In this document: piece after piece, positions 49,801 to 58,809 of the stretch
How the letters are laid out: each line of letters opens with the position of its first letter
Numbering within the stretch: the first letter of the stretch is position 1
Assembly (NCBI GenBank): GCA_963766715.1
Contig: CAVYBH010000008.1
Coordinates: 576,001 to 640,000 of the forward strand
Length of the DNA stretch: 64,000 bases
Reading direction: 5' to 3'
Origin: an uncultured delta proteobacterium
Lineage (GTDB): Bacteria; Myxococcota; Myxococcia; Myxococcales; Anaeromyxobacteraceae
The notes under the pieces: generated by a model
What the model saw: the letters and a program-made list of their open reading frames with translations, nothing else
Database searches by the model: none
What the model was told of the DNA's origin: nothing
Program-made: the position numbers and the translations under genes

Positions 49801-50160
49801 CCTCGACATCGCCTACGCGCAGGCGCGCAAGGAGAACCGCCTCCGCAGCCTGGCCGAGCTCGACCACGCGATCCTGGTCGGCGCCGCCAAGCGCCTCCGC
49901 CCCAAGTTCATGACCTTCGCCACCGCCTTCCTCGGCCTGGTCCCGATCATGTGGGCCACCGGCGCCGGCTCGGACGTGATGAAGCGGATCGCCGCTCCCA
50001 TGGTGGGCGGCCTCCTGACCTCCTTCCTGATGGAGCTGGTGGTCTACCCGGTGATCTACCGGGCCTGGCGGCGGTACGGAGACCTGAAGGGACGGCTGGA
50101 GAAGCGGCTCCGACCCAGGAGGTCGAGGTCGGGTCCGGCGCGAACCCCGAGACGGCGTGA
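46847..50160 (+). CDS. cusA: CusA-type heavy-metal efflux RND permease; frameshift at the very 3' end
   Basis: LDAIPDLSDTQVII, VEDQVTYP, GPDATALGWV, NIMSLGGIAIAIG, GSEFMPPLDEG, KRLRPKFMT, GSDVMKRIAAPMVGG. Confidence 0.93.
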
Positions 50161-50175
50161 GAGAATGGCGCTCCG

Positions 50176-52466
50176 ATGCCGGGGCGCGCCCTCCTCGCCG
50201 GAGTCCTCCTCCTCGCCGCGGCCTTCGCCGCGACCTGGCTCGGCCTCCAGCCGCCCGACGTCCGCCCCGCCTCGGCGCCCGCGGGCGCCTTCTCGGGCGA
50301 GCGGGCGATGGCGCGCCTGCGCGAGGTCCTGGGCGCGGCCGGGGACGGCGTCCCGCACCCGGTGGGCTCGGAGGCGAACGCGCGCGTCCGCGAGCGGATC
50401 CTGGCGGAGCTGCGGGGGCTGGGCCTTTCACCCCAGGTGGACGAGAGCGTCACCTGCGGCCGCTACCTCGACTGCACGCCGGTGGCGAACGTCGTCGCGC
50501 GGGTTCCCGGGCGCGGCGGCGGGCCCCCGGTCCTCGTCGCCGTCCATTACGATTCCGTCCCCGCCGGTCCCGGGGCGGCCGACGACGGATCCGGGGTGGC
50601 CATCGTGCTCGAGCTGGCGCGGGCGCTGCGCGCGGAGCCCGCGGCCGCCGACGTGCTCCTGCTCGTCGACGACGCCGAGGAGTCCGGGCTGGGGGGCGCC
50701 GAGGCCTTCCTGTCGGGTCCCCGGGCGGGCGAGGTCGGCGCCATCGTCAACCTGGAGGCGCGAGGCACCGGCGGGCCCAGCCTGCTCTTCGAGACCGCCG
50801 GCTCCGGGGCGGAGGTGGCGCGCCGGTTCGCGGCGGGCGCGCGCCGGCCCGTGGGGAGCTCGCTCCTCTCCACCGTCTACGCGCTGCTCCCCAACGACAC
50901 CGACCTCACCGTCCTCCGCCGGCTGGGCGTCCCCGGGGCGAACCTGGCCTTCGTCGACGGCGCGACCCGCTACCACACGCCCCCGCGACGACCTCGCCCA
51001 TCTCGACCCTCGCACGGTGCAGCACCAGGGGGAGAACGCGCTGGCCCTCGTCCGCGGGCTCGCCGAGCCGCGGAGCGGGGCGGCCGAGGGGCAGGCGGTC
51101 TGGTTCGACCTGCTCGGCCTCGCCGTGGTCCGCTTTCCGGAACGGGCGGCGGTGCCGCTCGCGCTCCTCGCGCTCCTGCTGGCCGCCGCATCGGTCGGCC
51201 TCCGACGTCCGGCGGGGGCGCTCGAGCCGGGTCGGGTGGTGCTGGGTGCGGCCGCCGTCCCGGCCGGAGTGGTGGCGGCCGCGGCCATGGGCTTCGGCGC
51301 CGGGCAGGCGCTCTCGCTCGATCCCATCTTCCGCCCCTGGGTGGCGACCCCGGCGCCGCTCGTCGCCTCCTTCCTGCTCTCGGGGATCGCCGGCGCGGCG
51401 CTGGCCGCGCTCGCCGTCGCCGGCCGCGCGGGCCCTGCGGGGCTTCGCGGCGGGATCCGCCTCGGGTACGCCGTCCTCGCGGTGGCGCTCGCGGCCACCC
51501 TGCCCGGGACCTCCTACCTGCTCCTCCTGCCCGCGCTGGGTCGGCGGCCTGGCCGGGATCGTCCCCTCGTTCTCCCGGAGTGAACGGGGCCAGGCCGGAG
51601 CCGACCTGGCCACGATGCTCGCCGCGGGACTGGTCCTGCTCCCGCCGGCCTGGCTGCTCTACCCGGCGCTGGGCCACTCCGGCGGTCCCGCGGCCGCCGC
51701 GGCGGTCGCGCTCGTGGCGCTGCCGCTCGGACCGCTGCTGGCCGGCCTCCCCTTCCGGGCCCGGCTCCCGGCGGCGATCGCTCCGGCCCTGCTCGCCGCC
51801 GGAGCGCTGGCCGTGGCCCTCATCCTCCCCGTCGCCGACGTCGACACGCCCGAGCGCGTGATCCTCTACTTCCACCAGGATGCGGAGAGCGGCCGGGCGA
51901 GGGTGCTGGCCCACGCCGACCTCGGACGGCTCCCCGGACCGGTCCGCGACGCGGCGCCCTTCTCGGCGACGCCCCGGATCTCCTTCGGTTGGGGCGCGCT
52001 TCGCCCGTCCTTCGAGGCGGCGGTCGAGTCGCTTCCCGTTCCCGGTCCGGAGGTGGCGGTGCTCGAGACCTCGCGGGTCGCGGACGGCGTGCGCCTTCGC
52101 CTGCGGGCCCGGTCGCCGCGCGGCGCGCCGGAGATCCAGGTCGCCGTTCCACCCACGGTCAGGGTTCGCTCCTTCGCCTTCGACGGGATCCCCGTGCCCC
52201 CGCCGGTGCCGAAGCTGGCGCGCTGGTACGGGGGCTGGTGGGTCTACCGGCTTCCGGCCCGGCCCGGCGGCATCGAGGTCGCGATGGAGGCGACGACCCC
52301 GGGGGCGTTCGAGATCGTGGTGGCCGACCAGTCGCCCGGGCTTCCGCCCGCCGCGCAGTCCGTCGCCGACGCGCGCCCGCCCTGGGTGGTGACGCAGCAG
52401 GAGGGGGACGTGACCCTGTTCACGCGGACGGTGCGGGTGGAGGCGAAGCCGGGCGGGGCCGATTAG
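50176..52466 (+). CDS. M28-family metallopeptidase with a multi-TM C-terminal region; frameshifts near 50985 and 51540
   Basis: HYDSVP.GPGAADDGSG, DAEESGL.GA, NLEARG.GG, NDTD, YHT..D; several TM segments. Confidence 0.85.
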
Positions 52467-52476
52467 GGTCCTTCGC

Positions 52477-53883
52477 GTGCGTCGATTCTCCGCAGCCTTC
52501 GCCTGCGCCGCCGTCTGCGCGTGTGCCACCGTCCCTCCCGTGCCGCCCCGTCCGGACGCCGGCCCCGAGGTCTCGATCCGGATCGAGCGGGTGACGGGAG
52601 ACGACGCCTGGCGGGTCTCCTACCGGCTTCCCTCGCCCGTCGCCGAGATCCGGTTCGCCCGCGGCGGGTACGAGAACCGGGTCTCCCACTGGAGCGTCGC
52701 CACGCCGGGGCTCGTCCTCGTGCGGCAGGACGGGGAGGACCGGATCGTCTCGGCCGGCGCCCCGTTCCAGGAACTCGAGCTCCACATCGCCGGGTACGCC
52801 CGCAAGCCGGAGAAGGACTACCAGGTCTTCGTCCCGTTCACCGACGGTGACGTGCTCGTCTACACGGGCGTCTTCGACCTCCTCGCTCCCGAGGGCGGGC
52901 CGGCGTGGCGAAACGTCTACCGGCTCGTCCCGCGCCCGGGCGACGGAGTCGTGGTCGGCGGCCTCCGCCAGGCGGGCGAGGCCACCTGGGTCGCCACCGG
53001 TGACGGCACCTACGCCTGCTTCGGAAGCGCGGAGCCGGTCGAGACGCCTCTCGGGATCGCGGTCGTCGACCGGGGGATGCCGTCCTGGCTCCGGGAGCGG
53101 ACCCTGGCGCTCGCGCCGCGGGTCTTCGCGCTCTACGCGGACCGGACCGGGACCCGGCTGGCGGTGCGCCCCACCTTCTTCCTCTCCTACGGCGCGGATC
53201 CCGACCCGGGAACCCGCTCGTTCGGCGGGGGAACGCTGGACTCGGTCGTCCAGGTCGACGCGCGGCTCGGCGAGCGCTTCCGGGGCGAGGGCGATCCTGC
53301 GGTCTGGGAGTCGCAGGCCCGGCTTCTCGCCCACGAGGCGGCTCATCTCTGGCTGGACCATGCCTACGAGCCGGAGGAGGGCTCGAGCCGGTGGCTCGAC
53401 GAGGGAGGAGCCGACGCCTTCGCGCTTCGCGCCCTGCTCGAGCTCGGGGTGATCTCGAGGGAGCGCTTCTCGGCGATCCTCTCCGGCGACGCGACCGACT
53501 GCCTTCGCCGGCTGGAGCAGGGGCCGCTCGCCGACGCCGGGCGCACCGGGCGCTGGAAGGCGCTCTACCTCTGCGGAGAGCTGGCCTCCTTCCTGGCGGA
53601 GGCGGCGGGGTCCCGGCTGGCGCCCCCCCAGGACCTCCTCCAGTTCTGGGGCCAGGTGTTCCGGGGGACCTCTGGCCGGAAGTACGGCGAGAGGCTCTGG
53701 CTCACGACCCTCTCCTCGCTCCCCGCCGGGACGGAGCCTGCCGGGATCGTCCGGCGAATGGTGGACGGCCCCGACGCGGAGCTGGCGGCGGACGTCGCCG
53801 CGGCACTGCGCACGGCCGGGGTCCGCGCCATCGCGTTCGGAACGCCGCCTGCCCTCCGGATCGACTCGTGGCCGACCCGTTGA
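52477..53883 (+). CDS. Putative lipoprotein, gluzincin-like metallopeptidase
   Basis: N-terminal signal ending in Cys; AHEAAHLW...WLDEGGA (HExxH plus a downstream Glu). Confidence 0.65.
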   Translation: MRRFSAAFACAAVCACATVPPVPPRPDAGPEVSIRIERVTGDDAWRVSYRLPSPVAEIRFARGGYENRVSHWSVATPGLVLVRQDGEDRIVSAGAPFQELELHIAGYARKPEKDYQVFVPFTDGDVLVYTGVFDLLAPEGGPAWRNVYRLVPRPGDGVVVGGLRQAGEATWVATGDGTYACFGSAEPVETPLGIAVVDRGMPSWLRERTLALAPRVFALYADRTGTRLAVRPTFFLSYGADPDPGTRSFGGGTLDSVVQVDARLGERFRGEGDPAVWESQARLLAHEAAHLWLDHAYEPEEGSSRWLDEGGADAFALRALLELGVISRERFSAILSGDATDCLRRLEQGPLADAGRTGRWKALYLCGELASFLAEAAGSRLAPPQDLLQFWGQVFRGTSGRKYGERLWLTTLSSLPAGTEPAGIVRRMVDGPDAELAADVAAALRTAGVRAIAFGTPPALRIDSWPTR

Positions 53884-55591
53884 TCCACGCCGCGCTGGAC
53901 CTCGACTCGTCGGGCTGGGGGGCGCTCGCCTTCGGCCGGCCGGCGGAGGTGATCGAGGCGTGGACGCACGCGGAGGTGATCCCGGCGCTGCGGCGCGTGG
54001 AGGAGGCGGCGCGAGCCGGGCGCTGGGCGGTGGGCGCCGTCGCCTACGAGGCGGCGCCGGCGTTCGACCCTGCACTCCGGGTCGTTCCCGCGGATGGGCC
54101 GCTCCTCCGGTTCGGCCTGCACGACGCCCCGCTCGCCGATCCGCCCGTCCCGGATCCCGATGCCCGCCTCTCCGGCCTCGCCCCCGACGTGAGCCAGGCC
54201 CGCCACGCCGCGGCCGTGGCGGAGATCCGCGAGGCCATCGCGGCGGGTGGGGTGTACCAGGTGAACTTCACGCTCCGGCTGCGCGGGCGGCTCGAGGGCG
54301 ACCCGCTCTCGCTCTACCGGCGGCTCCGCCTGGCCCAGGGCGGCGGCGAGACGGCCTTCCTCCGGTTCGGCAGCCAGGCGGTCGTCTCGGCCTCGCCCGA
54401 GCTCTTCCTGCTCCGGAAGGGAAGCCGGGTCACGTCCCGGCCCATGAAGGGAACGGCGCGGCGGGGGCGCTGGGCCGCCGAGGACGAGGAGGCGGGCCGG
54501 CGGCTCGGGGCCTCGGAGAAGGACCGCGCCGAGAACGTGATGATCGCCGACCTCCTCCGCAACGACCTGGGCCGGGTCGCGGCGCTCGGCACCGTCCGCG
54601 CCGCTCCGCTCTTCGAGGTCGAGCGGTTTCGCACGGTGTGGCAGCTCACCTCCACCGTCTCGGGCCGCCTCCGTCCGGGGAACCGGGCTCGCCGAGCTCT
54701 TCGCGGCCACGTTTCCCTGCGGGTCGGTGACCGGCGCCCCGAAGGTGGCCGCCATGAAGCTCGTCGCCGCCCTGGAGCGGGCCCCGCGAGGCGCCTACTG
54801 CGGCGCGGTCGGCGCGGTGCGGCCCGGGGGAGATTGCTGCTTCAACGTCGCCATCCGCACCGTCGAGGTGGATTTCGAGAGCGGCGAGGCCGTCTACGGC
54901 ACCGGTGGCGGCATCACCTGGGACTCGGACCCCGCCGCGGAATGGGACGAGGCGCTGGCCAAGGCGCGCGTGCTCGACCTCGACCCCGGCGTGCCCACGC
55001 TGCTCGAGACCCTCCGGCTCGAGGGAGGGCGGGTGGCGCTCCTCGACGGGCACCTGGCCCGACTGGCCGGATCGGCCCGGTACCATGCCATCCCGCTCGA
55101 CCTCCCGGCGGCGCGAGCGCGCATCGAGCGGGAGGCGGGCGACGCGCGGCTCCGGCTGCTCCTCTCCCCGGACGGGCGGCTCGCGGTGGAGCGCAGCCCC
55201 CTCCCGGAGCCGATGGCGGGCCCGGCGCCCGTGGCGCTCTCCCGCGAGCCCGTGGATCGGAGCGACCCGGCGCTCTTCCACAAGACCACCCGGCGGGCCC
55301 CGCTACGAGCGGCGGCGGGGGGAGCGCCCCGACGCCTTCGACGTCCTGCTCGCCAATCGCGAGGGGGAGATCACCGAGGCCACCATCGCGAACGTGGTCG
55401 CCGAGGTGGACGGGGAGCGGGTCACGCCTCCGCTCGACGCCGGGCTCCTGCCCGGCGTGTTCCGCGGCCACCTTCTCGCCCGCGGCGAGGTCCGGGAGCG
55501 GCCGCTCCGGGTGGAGGACCTCCGGCGCGCACGGCGGATCTGGCTGGTGAACGCGCTGCGCGGCTGGGTCGAGGCGCGCCTCATCCCCTGA
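53868..55591 (+). CDS. pabB: Aminodeoxychorismate synthase component I fused to an aminotransferase class IV (PabB-PabC); frameshifts
   Basis: YQVNFT, SASPELF, RPMKGT, KDRAENVMIADLLRNDLG, SVTGAPK, NVAIRT, GGGITWDS; then LLETLR, HKTT.R, ITEATIAN, GLLPGV. Confidence 0.88.
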
Positions 55592-56103
55592 GGCGGCCCT
55601 CCCGCAGGATCTTCCCGACCGCCTCCAGGGTGGCCCACCCGCGCGTGGTGGCGGCGACGCCGAAGGCCTTCTCGACCACCGCGTTCGGGTAGAGGGCGCG
55701 CGGGCCGCCGGGGCGGCGCAGGCAGAGCGCGCAGCCCCCGATCACCGCCACGACGCGCACCTCCCAGTCCTTTCCCTCGGGCCGATCGACCGGAATGGGA
55801 AGCGAGGTCGGCGTGCCGGCCAGGAAGGAGGCGAAGCGCTGCGCGTCCGGCGGAGGACGACGGGCGAACGGGGATCCGTCGAGCAGCGAGAGGATCTCCG
55901 GGCCCGCACGGGCGATCACCTCGGTCTCGAAGGGGAGCCGCTTGCGGATGGCGGCGGCGAGTGCGGCCGGGCGCCTTGGCGTCGAGGGCGACGAAGGTGC
56001 CCGCCGCCGCGACGTTCACGAGGCCCAGCTCGTCGGCGAGCTCCCGGGTGCGGAGGGTCTTTCCCCCGAGGTTCACGGCGCGCAGGAAGGCGACGGTGGC
56101 CAT
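55581..56103 (-). CDS. DUF1697-like protein; frameshift
   Basis: AFLRAVNLGG at the N-terminus and VEKAFGVAATTRGWATL at the C-terminus. Confidence 0.7.
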
Positions 56104-56127
56104 GTACGGGGGTTATGCTGGGCGCTC

Positions 56128-56739
56128 ATGCGCCGCACGCTCCTCGCGCTGCTCCTCGGGCTCTTCGTCGTCCCGGCCTGGCGCGCGCCCAGTACCTGGG
56201 CCCCACGGAGCCGGCGCCCCCGCCGCCGCCGGTGCAGGAGGAGGCCTCGGCGCCGCAGGCCCAGCCCGCCCCGGTCCCTCCGGGCGCGCTCCCACCGGCC
56301 CAGGAGGCCGTGCCCGAGTGGTCGGCGCGACGGATTCGAGTCTGGGGAACGCTGGGCGCGACCTTCGCCTACGGACAGTCGGCCTTCAGCCTGGGCGCGG
56401 GGGTCGGGTACTTCGTCTACGGGGGGCTCCTGCCCTCGCTCGACATGAGCGTGGCGCTCGGGAACGTCTGCCACCGTCTTCATGCTGAAGCCGGGGCTCG
56501 ACTGGTTCCTGCCGGTTCCCGGGCGGATCGTGCCCTTCGTGGGCGGCTACTACGCCCACTGGTTCGTCTCCGGCGGATACCTGCCGCAGGACGCCTGGGG
56601 CGTTCGCGGCGGATTCTCGTTCGCGCAGGTGGGACCCGCGACGTTCCTCCTCGGCATCGCGTACGAGCGGGTCTTCACCAACTGCACCGGGACCTGCGGC
56701 TACTGGGTGCCCCAGGTGGCGGCCGGGTTCGCGCTGTAG
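56128..56739 (+). CDS. Secreted hypothetical protein, possibly a small outer-membrane beta-barrel; frameshifts
   Basis: Signal MRRTLLALLLGLFVV, Pro-rich linker, amphipathic beta strands ending PQVAAGFAL. Confidence 0.55.
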
Positions 56740-56808
56740 GCGAGAAGAAGTTTTTCTGTTCCATCCCGGAACGACGCGGCTGTCCCCGGGTCGCACGACT
56801 ACGCCCCG

Positions 56809-56836
56809 TGTCCGGTCCAGTCGGCGTGCGGTGTCA
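56809..56836 (+). promoter_or_regulatory. Putative ECF-type promoter TGTC-N18-GTGTCA
   Basis: ~72 nt upstream of ATG 56909; shares CGTGCGGTGTC with the lipoprotein 1 site. Confidence 0.58.
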
Positions 56837-56908
56837 GTCCACCAAACGCTCATGCATCGCGAGCCCGGGACGCGTCACCACCCGGGACGGAGCGACGGAG
56901 GGAAGTCC

Positions 56909-57832
56909 ATGTTGCTCGTGGCACCCAGCGTGGAAATGGAGCCGGTCGCCGACCTTGCCAGAGGAAAAGGACCTTCCGGGCCTGTCCTCGGGCGGGGCCT
57001 TCGCCGTGTACGTGTCGCAGATCCGGCGGATCCCCCTGCTGACGCCCGTCCGGGAGCGCGAGCTCGCCCGGGCCTACCGCCAGCACAAGGACCTCCGCGC
57101 CTTCGACCTCCTCGTGACCTCCAACCTGCGCTTCGTCGTCCAGGTCGCTCGCACCTACCGCTCGTACGGCAGGCGCATCTCGGACCTGATCCAGGAGGGC
57201 ACCCTGGGGCTCATCCGGGCGGTCGAGCGGTACGACCCCGATCGCGACATCCGCCTCGTCTCCTACGCGGTCTGGTGGATCCGGGCCCACATCCAGGCCT
57301 ACATCCTCCGGACCTGGTCGATCGTGAAGGTCGGGACCACCCAGGTCCAGCGCCGGCTCTTCTACGCGCTCGCCCGCACCAAGCGGGAGCTCGAGCGTCG
57401 CGGCGACTCGCTCCCCCCTCCCTCGAGCCCGCGGAGACCGCCACCGTGGCCGGGCGGCTCGGCGTCACGACGAAGCAGGTCGAGGAGATGACGCACCGGC
57501 TCCACCAGCGGGATCTGTCGCTCGACGCGTCGGTCGGCGAGGACGGCCCGACGCACCTCGAGTCCATGGCGTACGAGGGACCGTCGCAGGACGAGCTGTT
57601 CGACGATGCCCAGCAGCAGGCGCACGCTGCGGTGCGGGTCGGCGCGGCCCTGGCGCAGCTCGACCCGCGCGAGCGCACCGTCGTCCAGTCCCGGCTGATG
57701 AGCGATTCGCCGATGACCTTCCAGGAGGTCGGGGACGTCATCGGCTGCTCGCCGGAGCGGGCGCGACAGCTCGAGACGCGGGCCAAGCTGAAGCTGCGGC
57801 GGCTCCTCGAGGCCGCCGAGGCGGAGCGGTGA
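56909..57832 (+). CDS. RpoH/sigma32-family sigma factor, paralog 2; frameshifts
   Basis: LVTSNLRFVV, DLIQEG.LGL, YAVWWIRA, WSIVKVGTTQVQRRLFYAL, RDLSLDA, ERARQLE. Confidence 0.87.
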   Translation: MLLVAPSVEMEPVADLARGKGPSGPVLGRGLRRVRVADPADPPADARPGARARPGLPPAQGPPRLRPPRDLQPALRRPGRSHLPLVRQAHLGPDPGGHPGAHPGGRAVRPRSRHPPRLLRGLVDPGPHPGLHPPDLVDREGRDHPGPAPALLRARPHQAGARASRRLAPPSLEPAETATVAGRLGVTTKQVEEMTHRLHQRDLSLDASVGEDGPTHLESMAYEGPSQDELFDDAQQQAHAAVRVGAALAQLDPRERTVVQSRLMSDSPMTFQEVGDVIGCSPERARQLETRAKLKLRRLLEAAEAER

Positions 57833-57859
57833 GCCCGCGACACCTGGCGAGAGGTTGAC

Positions 57860-58452
57860 GTGAAGAGACTGGTCCTCCTGGCGCTGGCTGGAATCGCCGC
57901 GGTCGGCGTCGGCGCCTCGCTCGTGATCCTGACGGTCACGGAGTCCCGGACCTCCTGGACGGCGACCGCCCCTGCGGAGGCGGCGGGGGCCGTTCGAGCC
58001 GAGGCGTCGCAGGCGCCCGGCGAGCCCGGGGGGTGATCCAGCCGGAGCAGCCGGTCCAGCCAGGCCTCCGTCGCCTCCAGCTTCCCCCACGCATCGCCGC
58101 CCGGGACGTGACGGCGCCCATCGCGGAGTGCCTCCGATCGCACCCCACCAGCCACGGTGGCGGCGCGGTCCTGACGCTGGAGCTCGAGGCGCTGGCGGGC
58201 GGCGGACTTCGCATCGTCGAGGCGCCGGTGGCGGCCTGGGGGAATGCCAGCCGGGCGCTGGTCGCCTGCGCCCAGCAGATCCTTCCCGGAAGGACGATCG
58301 CCATCGGAGAGTATCCGCCGGGGGAGCGCTTCCGTGCCAGGTACGATCTCGAGTCGGCCGCGGCTGCCGCGCCCGCCCGGGAGTCCCCGGTGGCGAGCAC
58401 CGTGCCCGCCCGCCAGCCGGCGCGGCGAGCGTCCGGCGGCGGACGTCGCTGA
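57860..58452 (+). CDS. Hypothetical single-pass membrane protein; probable frameshift
   Basis: GAGG SD and GTG start; MKRLVLLALAGIAAVGVGASLVIL; downstream frame has two Cys (AECLRS, VACAQQ). Confidence 0.5.
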
Positions 58453-58703
58453 CCGTGTCTCCGGCGGCCTCCGCGGTCCGCTGGCCGGGACGCCCCGATA
58501 ATCATCCAGGAGGGTGTCCCCGTCGCGACCGGACGCTGGCGTCACGTTCCGTGAACGGGTCGGATCCGGCAAGTCTTTCCTTACGTCAGTCCGATCGCGT
58601 GGGTGTCCGCCCCGGCCGACCCCGTTGACCGGGATCCCGGTGCTTCTCGCGGGGATTGCCAGGTGGACCGAGGTGGCGACCTCCCTCGATCAAGGTACTT
58701 CGG

Positions 58704-58717
58704 TTGACGTCGATCAA
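58704..58717. promoter_or_regulatory. Fnr/Crp-family-like box
   Basis: TTGAC-GTCG-ATCAA, with a second TCGATCAAG half-site 24 bp upstream. Confidence 0.55.
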
Positions 58718-58809
58718 GTCACAGGTTCCCTCAGCGTTCCGAAACGTTCGGACCGAGTCTCCAGTTGGCTCATGCGGCCGAGGCCGCGAACGGAAGCGAG
58801 GGAGTCCCA

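Noticed and set aside
46727..50431. Long antisense or alternative-frame ORFs (for example 46727..50431 -, 2032..4833 +, 12409..14940 +, 23838..26168 +)
   Set aside because: These are shadow ORFs typical of high-GC DNA. They overlap well-supported genes and have no motifs of their own.
45827..51583. 1918-aa ORF read as a CusA-peptidase fusion
   Set aside because: It is an upstream shadow frame plus CusA plus read-through after a 3' frameshift. The peptidase has its own start at 50176 in another frame.
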